From Verrucomicrobiota bacterium (GTDB lineage Bacteria; Verrucomicrobiota; Verrucomicrobiia; Limisphaerales; CANJSG01): a DNA stretch of 17,310 bases. Positions 6,994-15,031 of this stretch are shown here, one piece after another (positions within the stretch are counted from its first letter, which is position 1; each line of letters begins with the position of its first letter). The notes below the pieces were generated by a model. That model was not told the origin of the DNA. It did no database searches and saw nothing but the letters and a program-made list of their open reading frames with translations. The stretch is taken from NCBI GenBank assembly GCA_038209745.1, contig JBBQXJ010000094.1, forward strand, positions 1 through 17,310. The letters are read 5' to 3'. The position numbers and the translations under genes were made by a program.

Positions 6994-8403
6994 TTGAAGC
7001 ACTTTCCGACAGTTCCGGCCCAGTTCACTCCGCACACGGTGCGCCGCAAGGAAGTGGACTTGCGCCTCGTTCCGCTCGGCTTTCTGGCCCTGATCTCCAT
7101 CGGGTGCATTCTGCTGATGCTGCCGGCGACCCATCGCCCGGGGCAGACGATCAAGTGGCTCGACGCGTTCTTCCTCTCCACCTCGGCCACGTGCGTGACG
7201 GGTCTGTCCACCGTGAACGTGGCGGAGACCTTCAACTTTTTCGGTCAGGCCGTGCTGCTTGTGTTGATCCAGCTCGGCGGGCTCGGGATCTTCACCGCCA
7301 GCCTCTCGCTGGTGCTGTTGAGCGGGCAAAAACTCTCCTTGGCGGACGAGCACACGATCAGCGCGACCGTCGGGAAACTGAGGCAAGTGCGACCGTTCGA
7401 CCTGTTCGTCTACGCCTGTTTATTCGTGTTCCTTTTCGAACTGGCAGGTGCGGTCGTGATGTTCCTCCAGATGGACGACAACGGCGCGGTCTCGGTGTGG
7501 CAGACGCTGTGGGAGGCTTCCTTCCATTCGGTGAGCGCCTTCTGCAACGCGGGCATTTCCATCTACCCGGAAGGCTTGGCCCGCTGGAAGGACCAGCCCG
7601 GACTGCTGGCCGTGATCGAGGCGCTGGTCGTCGCGGGCGGCATCGGCCTGATGACCCTGATCAATCTGCGCTACTTCTACTTCTGGAAGCGGGATCCTCG
7701 CCGGCGCGGCTATCTCACGCTGCAGACCAAGATCTCCGTGTTCATGGCGGTGCTGCTGCTGGCGGTGGGAACGGTCCTGACCTTTGCCTTCGAATCCAGC
7801 CACACCATGGCGGGAGCGACGGGCTGGAAGCGGCTTTCATGGTCGTTCTTCCACTCCACCATGTCCCGCACGGCGGGCTTCAACACGGTGGATCTGAGCG
7901 GAATCAGTCCTCCGGGGCTCCTCACCACTTTGGTGCTCATGTTCATCGGGGGCGCCCCGGGATCCATGGCGGGCGGACTGAAGACCGTCACCTTCGCGGT
8001 GCTTGTCCTGACCGCGTGGACCACCCTCCGCCGACAGGAAAACATCCACGTCTTCGGCCGCCGCATCTCCCGCCAAATGTCCAGCGTGGCCGTCATGCTC
8101 TCCCTGCTGGCGGGCGCGGCGCTGATCCTGGGCATCGGCCTGCTGATGTTCACCGAGCAGCGAAGCGCGGCCTCCCAGACGCCCCAGCAATGGCTCGGAG
8201 TGGTCTTCGAGGCGGTGTCGGCGTTCGGCACGGTGGGTTTGAGCACGGGCGTCACCCCGCTCCTGACCTCTCTGGGCAAGTGGGTCATCATCGCCTTGAT
8301 GTTCACCGGCCGCGTCGCTCCCCTGGTGCTCTCCATCTACCTTGCGCGTCCCAGCTATCCATGGCACGTCCGGCAACCACGCGAGGATCTGAGCCTCGGC
8401 TAA
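6994..8403 (+). CDS. ktrB: Ktr/Trk-type K+ uptake membrane subunit (KtrB/TrkH family)
   Basis: Four pore-loop motifs keep the filter glycine: SATCVTGLS, SAFCNAGIS, SRTAGFN, SAFGTVGLS. Also LMFIGGAPGSMAGGLK and MFTGRV. Start is uncertain (TTG 6994 or GTG 7039). Confidence 0.93.
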   Translation: MKHFPTVPAQFTPHTVRRKEVDLRLVPLGFLALISIGCILLMLPATHRPGQTIKWLDAFFLSTSATCVTGLSTVNVAETFNFFGQAVLLVLIQLGGLGIFTASLSLVLLSGQKLSLADEHTISATVGKLRQVRPFDLFVYACLFVFLFELAGAVVMFLQMDDNGAVSVWQTLWEASFHSVSAFCNAGISIYPEGLARWKDQPGLLAVIEALVVAGGIGLMTLINLRYFYFWKRDPRRRGYLTLQTKISVFMAVLLLAVGTVLTFAFESSHTMAGATGWKRLSWSFFHSTMSRTAGFNTVDLSGISPPGLLTTLVLMFIGGAPGSMAGGLKTVTFAVLVLTAWTTLRRQENIHVFGRRISRQMSSVAVMLSLLAGAALILGIGLLMFTEQRSAASQTPQQWLGVVFEAVSAFGTVGLSTGVTPLLTSLGKWVIIALMFTGRVAPLVLSIYLARPSYPWHVRQPREDLSLG

Positions 8404-8410
8404 CAAATCC

Positions 8411-9088
8411 ATGTCCAAACGAATCATCATTCTCGGCGCGGGCCGGTTCGGCACCCATCTGGCCAGCCGGCTCTCCGAATACGGCTGCGACGTCGCCATC
8501 GCCGACCACGACGCCGACCGCGTCAAGGAACTCGCCGAAGACGGCTTCCACTCGTTCGAGGCGGACGTGGAGGACGAAGACGCGCTCAAGGAACTGGGCG
8601 TCCGGCAGGCCGACGCCGTCGTCGTGTCCATCGGCGAGAACATGCAGGGCAGCGTCCTGGCGACGATGGCCCTGAAGGAATTGCAGGTGAAGAAGATCAT
8701 CGCCCGGGCGCTCGACGCGAAGCATGGAAAGGTGCTGGAAAAGGTCGGTGCCGACCTCGTGGTGCTGCCTTCGCGCGACATGGCCTACCGGCTCGCCGAC
8801 CGCCTGCGGAACGATGCCGGCAGCGACCGCCAGCCCCTCAGCGGCGAATACCAGATCGCCCACATCCACATCGGTCCCGCCCTCCACGGCAAGACCCTCG
8901 CCGAACTGGACCTCCGCGAACGCTACGGCATCAACGTGGTGCTGGTGACCCGCCCCGGACCCAAGCATACGACCCAGCAACTCGAAGCCGGAGCCGGCCT
9001 CACCATGGCCTTGAACGACCTCTGCATCGTCGCCGGCCAACGCGAGAACATTAACAAGTTCGAGCGCGACTGCGGCCTGCCGGAATGA
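8411..9088 (+). CDS. ktrA: Ktr/Trk K+ uptake regulatory RCK subunit (KtrA/TrkA family)
   Basis: Rossmann motif IIILGAGRFG; ADAVVVSIG; LEKVGADLVVLP; RCK_C motif GKTLAELDLRERYGINVV; starts 7 nt after ktrB. Confidence 0.93.
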   Translation: MSKRIIILGAGRFGTHLASRLSEYGCDVAIADHDADRVKELAEDGFHSFEADVEDEDALKELGVRQADAVVVSIGENMQGSVLATMALKELQVKKIIARALDAKHGKVLEKVGADLVVLPSRDMAYRLADRLRNDAGSDRQPLSGEYQIAHIHIGPALHGKTLAELDLRERYGINVVLVTRPGPKHTTQQLEAGAGLTMALNDLCIVAGQRENINKFERDCGLPE

Positions 9089-9162
9089 TCGGGCTTCCTG
9101 GGCTGGAACCCTGCGAAACCGCCCAAAAAACGCCCTCTTTGGACAACTTTCCCAGCGGCGCC

Positions 9163-9190
9163 TTTACTTGAAATCGTCCGCTTGTATAAC
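9163..9190 (+). promoter_or_regulatory. Possible sigma70-type promoter for the 9197 gene
   Basis: TTTACT (9163-9168), a 16-nt spacer, then TATAAC (9185-9190), in an AT-rich intergenic patch. Confidence 0.35.
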
Positions 9191-9196
9191 TCATCC

Positions 9197-9871
9197 ATGC
9201 CTATGGGATCTGATCCGGCCGAGTTCGTGGACCACGACTACCAGACCACCGCGCGGGGCTCGGGCACCCCGTTCACCCGGCCCGCCGGCTCGCCCGGAGC
9301 GCCCGCTTCGCACCCGCCCACCCGCGAGCAGGTCGAGATCCAGGTGAACGAAACCCAGGCCCGGCTCGAGGAGCTCAAACGCGCCCAGGAAAGGCTCGAA
9401 CGGGAGCGCGCCCAGTTGGAGGAACTTCGCCGTCGTCAGACCGAGTTCCAAACCGGCCGCGAAGAGACGGTCCAGCATTTGACCCGCGGCGTCGGGCTCC
9501 TGGAGGAGGCCGAGTTCGACCGCCGCCGCGAAGCCGAACAGATGGCGCAGACCCTCGCGGAATTCCGTGAAAACCTCGTGCGCCTCCAGTCCATCAAGCA
9601 GGAAGAATGGACCCAGGAGGAATACAACATCGAGCTGACCCGAGCGCTCACCGCCATCGAGAACGCCCGCATGGACTGGAATTCCGCGCGCCTGAAATAC
9701 GGCATCCTCAGCGGTTCCGCCTCCACCGCCACCGCCCGGGAAAAGGGTGCGCCCACGCCGACGCTCGCCACGATGCCCTTCAAGGATCTCTGCAGGATCG
9801 GCCTTGCCATGACCTGGCCGGTGGTCCTGCTCGCCGCGGCGGCCGTCGCGCTCCTCGTCTTCAAGCGTTGA
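9197..9871 (+). CDS. Hypothetical coiled-coil protein with a C-terminal membrane anchor
   Basis: E/R/Q-rich heptads (ARLEELKRAQERLERERAQLEELRRRQ...), a C-terminal hydrophobic helix IGLAMTWPVVLLAAAAVALLVFKR, and strong GC3 bias. Start is ATG 9197 or 9203. Confidence 0.85.
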   Translation: MPMGSDPAEFVDHDYQTTARGSGTPFTRPAGSPGAPASHPPTREQVEIQVNETQARLEELKRAQERLERERAQLEELRRRQTEFQTGREETVQHLTRGVGLLEEAEFDRRREAEQMAQTLAEFRENLVRLQSIKQEEWTQEEYNIELTRALTAIENARMDWNSARLKYGILSGSASTATAREKGAPTPTLATMPFKDLCRIGLAMTWPVVLLAAAAVALLVFKR

Positions 9872-9881
9872 TCCAGGCGAC

Positions 9882-10355
9882 ATGGCCCTCTTCGGGAAAA
9901 AGTCCGATGTGATCTCCGCGCGTTCCAAGGTGCTGAACCGCGAGATCGCGGACTTGGAAGCCAAGATCAAGAAGCTCAGTTCCGCGCCGGCGCCGAAGAC
10001 CCGCGAAATTCGACCCGCCAATCTCCAAGAAGCAAAGTCGGCTTCCGCGGAGCCCGTCTTTGAAACGCTCCCCGCGAAACCCAGTTCGATGGTCTCCGCC
10101 CGTCCTGAGGACGCCGCGCACTTCAACGAGATGGGCCTCCGCAAATACGACCTCGTCTCCTTGCTCGCCCGGATTCGGGGCCAGTTCCAGAGGCGACCCA
10201 CCCAGAGTCCGAAGCTGATCCAGCTCATCGCCGCCGGAAACATCCACGGCCTGCGTCCGCTGCGTTATGAGAAACGCGTCGCCCGCAACCGTTTCATCTT
10301 CGTGGCCACGGTCCTCGCCGTCGTGGTCTGGGGCATCGTCGCGATGATCCGCTAG
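9882..10355 (+). CDS. Hypothetical protein with an N-terminal short coiled coil and a C-terminal membrane anchor
   Basis: LNREIADLEAKIKKL heptad; basic segment LRPLRYEKRVARNRF followed by TM helix FIFVATVLAVVVWGIVAMI; starts 10 nt after the previous gene. Confidence 0.85.
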   Translation: MALFGKKSDVISARSKVLNREIADLEAKIKKLSSAPAPKTREIRPANLQEAKSASAEPVFETLPAKPSSMVSARPEDAAHFNEMGLRKYDLVSLLARIRGQFQRRPTQSPKLIQLIAAGNIHGLRPLRYEKRVARNRFIFVATVLAVVVWGIVAMIR

Positions 10356-10375
10356 CAGATGTCCGTGTTCCCGGG

Positions 10376-10879
10376 ATGAAAGCGCCTCTGTCATCGCTGG
10401 ACCTTCTCGATCTGCCGACGAAATACGGCGTCTTTGTTGCCAGCTATTCCAGCGCCGGTTTGGCGCGGCTGAACTTTCCCGAAACCAGCCGCCCACCCGA
10501 TTGGCGCCCCGTGCCTCCCAACGTCGTTGCCTGGCATTCGTTGACGGGGACCGCCGTAACTGCCGTGTTGGATGGAAGGTCCTCGTTCACTCTGCCTCCA
10601 CTGGACCTGTCGGCGGGCAGTTCGTTCCAGCAGAGCGTTTGGCGGGAGCTGCTGACGATCCCATCTGGCGAAGGCCGAACCTATGGCGAGCTCGCCGGAA
10701 GGCTGGGTTGCCCCGGAGGCGCCCGGGCCGTGGGCGGAGCCTGCGGGGCGAACCCCGTTCCCTTGTTGGTGCCGTGTCATCGGGTGCTCGCCGCGGGCGG
10801 GAAGCTGGGTGGCTTCTCCGGCGGCCCCGATTGGAAACGGCGACTGCTTTCGATCGAGCGGGCGGGGTTGGAGTTTTGA
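10376..10879 (+). CDS. ogt: Methylated-DNA--protein-cysteine S-methyltransferase
   Basis: FQQSVWRELLTIPSGEGRTYGELA, ARAVGGACGANPVPLLVPCHRV (active-site PCHR), GGFSGG...KRRLL..E. Confidence 0.95.
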   Translation: MKAPLSSLDLLDLPTKYGVFVASYSSAGLARLNFPETSRPPDWRPVPPNVVAWHSLTGTAVTAVLDGRSSFTLPPLDLSAGSSFQQSVWRELLTIPSGEGRTYGELAGRLGCPGGARAVGGACGANPVPLLVPCHRVLAAGGKLGGFSGGPDWKRRLLSIERAGLEF

Positions 10880-10885
10880 GCCGCG

Positions 10886-11800
10886 TCAGTGAATTCCCTG
10901 TCCGGCGAGCAACAACGCTCCGCTCGTCACGGCGTCTTCCTTCAGCGTGGCCAGCACGAGCTCCGACCCTTCACCGAAGACTTCCATGACGTATTGCCCC
11001 AGAGCAGCGGCCACCGCCGAACGAAGCGGCTCGCCGACCAACGACAGGCCCCCTCCGAGAATGATCCGCTCCGGATGCAACAACTGGACGACGTGCGACA
11101 GACCGAAGGCGAGGTTGTCGGCAAATTCACTGAGGATCGCATGGGCCACGGGATCTTCGTGCTCCAGAGCACCGGCCAGGAACCGAGCTTCACCCTCGGT
11201 GGCGCCATCGGCCAACGCGGCCAGCGGTCCGCCGGTATGCAGCGACACGGCTTCGCGGATCCGGCGATCCATCGCCCAGCCGGAGCAACGGTCCTCGACC
11301 CGAGTTCCGGCTTTGTCCAGCCGCACGTGACCGATCTCCGCCTCGCCCGGGGCGCGGCCGTGGTAGATGCGACCATCCACCACCAAACCTCCGCCGACGC
11401 CGCTGCCCAGCGTCACGTAGAAGACGGGACTCGATCCCTTGCCGGCTCCAAGCACAGCCTCGCCCAAGGCCGCGACATTGGCGTCGTTGTCCGCGAAGAC
11501 CGGCGCCTCCGCCAACCCGGTGAGCCAGCCGGTCAGGTCGTAGTCCGACCATCCTTCGACCTGGTGTGAACGGGCGATCCTCCCCGTGGCGCAGTTCACC
11601 GGTCCGCCAAAACCGATCCCGACGGCCTCGATCGGTCCGCGCTTCCGGATCTCGACGAGGGTCTCCGTGATCTGACGACGAATCCCTTCCGCCGCGGCTT
11701 CGCGCGCGACCTTGAAGCGGAAGCGTTGATGGATGGTTCCATCGCGCTCGCCGAGGACGAGCTGGAGCTTGGTGCCGCCGATTTCGATGCCGAGGATCAC
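10886..11800 (-). CDS. ROK-family sugar kinase (glucokinase-like)
   Basis: Phosphate-1 motif LGIEIGGTK; GIGFGGP; DNDANVAALGE; YVTLGSGVGGG; EIGH; ILGGGLS. GTG at 11800 is the likely start rather than TTG 11839. Confidence 0.92.
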   Translation of the reverse strand: MILGIEIGGTKLQLVLGERDGTIHQRFRFKVAREAAAEGIRRQITETLVEIRKRGPIEAVGIGFGGPVNCATGRIARSHQVEGWSDYDLTGWLTGLAEAPVFADNDANVAALGEAVLGAGKGSSPVFYVTLGSGVGGGLVVDGRIYHGRAPGEAEIGHVRLDKAGTRVEDRCSGWAMDRRIREAVSLHTGGPLAALADGATEGEARFLAGALEHEDPVAHAILSEFADNLAFGLSHVVQLLHPERIILGGGLSLVGEPLRSAVAAALGQYVMEVFGEGSELVLATLKEDAVTSGALLLAGQGIH

Positions 11801-11833
11801 GGCGGAGAGGAGACGCGGAAACGGCCGTCCTTC

Positions 11834-11863
11834 AAACAAAAAGAGCGGGCGATGTTCGCCCGC
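11834..11863 (-). terminator. Intrinsic terminator downstream of htpX
   Basis: On the minus strand: GCGGGCGA-ACA-TCGCCCGC then TCTTTTTGTTTG. A second small hairpin TCGCCC/GGGCGA lies at 11876-11893. Confidence 0.65.
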
Positions 11864-11896
11864 CCACTAGAAAAGTCGCCCGAGGGCGGGCGAGTC

Positions 11897-12808
11897 TCAA
11901 CGCAGTCGTTCGAGCGCTGCTATCCGGTCGGCGAGCGGCGGATGGGTGGCGAAGAGATGGCCGATTCCCTTGGTGTTGCCGCTGATCTTGAAGGCGCTCA
12001 GCGCAGGCGAACGGTCGTCCAACACGCCGCCGCCTTCGGACACCTGCTTGAGCCGTTGGAGCGCCCCGATCATGGCGTCTTTGCCGGCGAGTTTCGCGGC
12101 CATGGCGTCGGCGGCAAACTCACGGCGGCGCGAATAGGCGAAGACGATCAGACTGGCGAGAATGCTGAGGAAGACTTGGCAGACCATGCTGGCGATCCAG
12201 TAGCCGATGCCCACCCCGCCCCGGTTGTCGTCACCGCGACGGAGGAAGTTGTCGATGATGAGTCCGAGGATGCGGGAGAGGAACACGACGAAGGTGTTCA
12301 ACACGCCCTGGAGCAGGGCCATCGTCACCATGTCGCCGTTGGCCACATGGGAAACCTCGTGGGCGAGCACACCCTCGATCTGGCGCAGGCTCATTCCACG
12401 GATCATCCCGGAACTGACAGCCACCAGCGCATTGTTGCGCGAAGGGCCGGTGGCGAAGGCGTTGACCTCCGGGCTTTCGTAGATGCCGACTTCCGGCGTG
12501 CGGATGCCGGCCTTCTTGGCCTGCTCGGCGACCGTCTGCTTGACCCACGCTTCGGCCTCGCTGCCGGGCTGGCCGATCGGCTTGATGCCGTAGGCCATTT
12601 TGGCGATGAACTTGGACATCGCCAGCGAGATGAAGCTGCCGGCAAAGCCGATGACGAGGGAGATGATCAGCAGTTGCTGGTAGTTGATGCTGACCCCGCC
12701 GACGGCGTTGCGTTCGAGATATCCGCGCACGCCCAGCAGGCTGAGCACCACGGAGACCACCAGGAGCACCGCGACGTTGGTCGCCACAAACAGAAAGATA
12801 CGTTTCAT
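11897..12808 (-). CDS. htpX: Membrane zinc metalloprotease HtpX (M48)
   Basis: MKRIFLFVATNVAVL start; NAFATG; HEXXH (VLAHEVSHVANGDMVT); SRRREFAAD; LFATHPPL..RIAAL. Confidence 0.97.
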   Translation of the reverse strand: MKRIFLFVATNVAVLLVVSVVLSLLGVRGYLERNAVGGVSINYQQLLIISLVIGFAGSFISLAMSKFIAKMAYGIKPIGQPGSEAEAWVKQTVAEQAKKAGIRTPEVGIYESPEVNAFATGPSRNNALVAVSSGMIRGMSLRQIEGVLAHEVSHVANGDMVTMALLQGVLNTFVVFLSRILGLIIDNFLRRGDDNRGGVGIGYWIASMVCQVFLSILASLIVFAYSRRREFAADAMAAKLAGKDAMIGALQRLKQVSEGGGVLDDRSPALSAFKISGNTKGIGHLFATHPPLADRIAALERLR

Positions 12809-12870
12809 GGTTCGATCGGGCCACGGTTCGGCGGCCCGGGAGGACAGACAGCCAGAACGGCTCCCTGATC

Positions 12871-12900
12871 AAGTGGAATTCGGGCAAACCAATTCCACTT
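12871..12900. promoter_or_regulatory. Perfect 10-bp inverted repeat upstream of htpX (operator or terminator)
   Basis: AAGTGGAATT-N10-AATTCCACTT, 63-92 nt upstream of the htpX ATG. Confidence 0.45.
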
Positions 12901-12911
12901 GCGCTAAAAGC

Positions 12912-13156
12912 CTAATTCGCAGGGCCGGTTCCGAATGTCTCGATGAACTTCAGCGTGGCCCGGATGTCGTGGCCGTTCGCCTTCCAGTCGTTCGCCTTCA
13001 TCGTGCTTTTGGGCGAGGCGAATCGCGCCCACAAGACAAGCCGGCAAAGGAAAGGATGCTGGCACGACCGGGTCCAACGAGGCCGGCATTGACGCCACCG
13101 CGCAGCGACGGCACCGTCCGCCGGTCCGAAATGAACTTGCAGCGTGTCAATTCCAT
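12912..13156 (-). pseudogene. Possible small gene or gene remnant split by a -1 frameshift
   Basis: MELTRCKFISDRRTVPSLRGGVNAGLVGPGRASILSFAGLSCGRDSPRP continues in the -1 frame as KSTMKANDWKANGHDIRATLKFIETFGTGPAN*. Both halves have GC3-rich codons, and the junction falls at CCCAAAA (13013-13007). Confidence 0.3.
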
Positions 13157-13193
13157 CGTGGTGCCGAAGCAAGCGGCTGGAATTGTCGCAGCC

Positions 13194-13244
13194 ATGATCG
13201 CTCTCGCGTGGGCCATGCAAATTGGCCGCCCGAGCGGGTTCTGA
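13194..13244 (+). CDS. Putative leader peptide (MIALAWAMQIGRPSGF)
   Basis: Short ORF whose last codons overlap the antiterminator strand of the downstream terminator. In-frame alternative ATGs at 13131 and 13215. Confidence 0.35.
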   Translation: MIALAWAMQIGRPSGF

Positions 13245-13274
13245 AGGACGAAAACAATACCAACGCCCTTTTCG

Positions 13275-13307
13275 AAAACCCGCCTGGCAGCCGCCGGCGG
13301 GTTTTTT
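13275..13307 (+). terminator. Intrinsic terminator in the 5' leader of the EamA gene (attenuator candidate)
   Basis: AAAACCCGCC-T-GGC-AGCC-GCC-GGCGGGTTTTTT with a T6 tail, 46 nt upstream of ATG 13354. No long + strand gene lies upstream for it to terminate. Confidence 0.7.
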
Positions 13308-13353
13308 CCTGCGGCTCAGCAACGAGGTTTCCCGGGGCCGATCGACACCGAGA

Positions 13354-14337
13354 ATGAAAACCGAAACCGGAGCGCCTCCATCCAGGCTAGCAGTCACTAC
13401 GGCCTTCGCCGCCGTTTACATTGTGTGGGGTGCCACCTACCTCGCCATTCGCATGGGCGTCGCCACGTTGCCGCCCTTCCTGATGGCAGCGGCCCGGTTT
13501 TTGGTCGCCGGCGCCCTGCTGCTCGGCTGGACCTGGCTGCGGGGAGCAACCCTGCCCACGGCCCGGCAATGGAGGAACTCAGCCATCACAGGCTCACTCC
13601 TCCTGCTCGGCGGCAATGGGTTGGTGTGTTGGGCCGAGCAGACCGTCAACTCGAGCTTGGCCGCCCTGATCATTGCGGCGTCGCCCATGTGGTTCGCCCT
13701 GTTCGAATGGGCCCGTCCCGGAGGCCGAAGACCCACCGCGATCACCAGCCTCGGCTTGATTGTAGGGTTTAGCGGCGTGGGCCTGCTCGTTCTGGGCACT
13801 CCTCACGGTTCCGGATCCGCAGCCTCGACCTCGGTCGCGGGCGTGTTGGCTTTGGTAGTGGCCTGTGCGGCGTGGGCCGGCGGCTCGATCTTCTCGAAAC
13901 ATTCGGACAATCCGGAATCACCTTGGGTCTCCACAGCCGCTCAAATGCTCACCGGCGGCGCCTCGCTGCTCGGGGTGTCGCTGCTGACCGGCGAACCGGG
14001 ACGTTTCAGTTTTGACCAAGTGTCGACGCGATCATTCCTCGCCTTCCTCTATCTCGTGGTCTTCGGTTCCTGGATCGGCTTCGGCGCCTACGTCTGGCTG
14101 TTGCAGAATTGTGCCCCGACAAAAGTAGCAACCTACGCCTATGTAAATCCGGTGATCGCCACGCTTCTTGGTTGGTGGGTGCTGGACGAGCCCCTGACCG
14201 CGGGGACAGGACTCGCTGCGTTGGTCATTTTGGGCGGGGTCTTGATCGTGCAGTGGCCGCGGGCGCAAACACCGCGACCAGCCCCGGCGCCGGTGGTCGA
14301 AGCTCTCAGCCCAACCAAGTCGGACGGAAAGGCATGA
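13354..14337 (+). CDS. EamA/DMT-family transporter (YedA-like)
   Basis: YIVWGATYLAIRMGV..LPPFLMAAARFLVAG; GNGLVCWAEQTV.S.LAAL; YLVVFGSWIGF.AYVWLL; TYAYVNPVIA..LG....E; about 10 TM helices in two repeats. ATG 13354 is preferred over the track start 13222. Confidence 0.93.
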   Translation: MKTETGAPPSRLAVTTAFAAVYIVWGATYLAIRMGVATLPPFLMAAARFLVAGALLLGWTWLRGATLPTARQWRNSAITGSLLLLGGNGLVCWAEQTVNSSLAALIIAASPMWFALFEWARPGGRRPTAITSLGLIVGFSGVGLLVLGTPHGSGSAASTSVAGVLALVVACAAWAGGSIFSKHSDNPESPWVSTAAQMLTGGASLLGVSLLTGEPGRFSFDQVSTRSFLAFLYLVVFGSWIGFGAYVWLLQNCAPTKVATYAYVNPVIATLLGWWVLDEPLTAGTGLAALVILGGVLIVQWPRAQTPRPAPAPVVEALSPTKSDGKA

Positions 14338-14465
14338 TCAAAGCCATTTGCTCCGCCCATTTGGAACTCGTTCCAAGACCCGAGACCCTCGCGGGGATAA
14401 TTTCCGAAAAAACTCCCCTTTTCGCCAACGTGGATTTTGGCCAGGAGCCTGCTTTCTAGGCAGGT

Positions 14466-14882
14466 ATGAGAAAGGTTCTGCTGACAGTGCCGGTATTGGC
14501 CATCCTCGCTGCCGGGGGCGCAATCGCCATGTCCAGGAGCAACGTCATGTTCAAACTGGACCCGAACGTGAACCGGTTCCAAGAACAGGCGGAAAGCCTG
14601 ATCCTTGGATTGCAGCAATATAAAGAATTCATGGGGACCTTCCCCACCGGCTCGAACGCCGAAATCACCCGCTCGATCAACGGCCAAGGTGATAAGCGCG
14701 TCCTGATCCTTGTCGGTCGGAAGGGCGAAGTGAGCCCGAAGGGGGAGATCGTCGATCCATGGGGCACGCCGATCCAGATCTTCTATTCCCACGACGGCGT
14801 GCTGATCCGCTCGGCAGGCCCCAACAAGGTCTTCGAGGACAGCAAGGTGAATTCAGACGACATTTTCCGGACGACGAACTGA
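14466..14882 (+). CDS. Small protein with a GspG/T2SSG-like pseudopilin head domain
   Basis: An N-terminal hydrophobic helix, then LQQYKEFMGTFP, DPWGTP, IRSAGPN...DDI, which are the motifs of the GspG C-terminal domain. Confidence 0.75.
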   Translation: MRKVLLTVPVLAILAAGGAIAMSRSNVMFKLDPNVNRFQEQAESLILGLQQYKEFMGTFPTGSNAEITRSINGQGDKRVLILVGRKGEVSPKGEIVDPWGTPIQIFYSHDGVLIRSAGPNKVFEDSKVNSDDIFRTTN

Positions 14883-15031
14883 CGTCGTCCGGCAGTTGGG
14901 GTGCGTTGTTTGGGTAGGCTGGCCGGGGTCGTGTTATGGCGCGACTCCGGCCTTTTCGCTCGACGCCGGGGGCGTCCCTGCCGTGGATCAAATCCTTTGT
15001 TTCCAGCAAGGCCGCCGGTTAGCTTCGCTCC

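Noticed and set aside
7104..8675. 523-aa alternative-frame ORF (also 1237-2301 and 11726-12868)
   Set aside because: Out-of-frame or antisense ORFs overlapping well-supported genes; expected in high-GC DNA.
13145..13150. Perfect TTGACA on the minus strand
   Set aside because: No -10 element at a 16-18 nt spacing.
13222..13353. N-terminal extension of EamA in the ORF track
   Set aside because: It runs through the terminator hairpin; family similarity begins only after ATG 13354.
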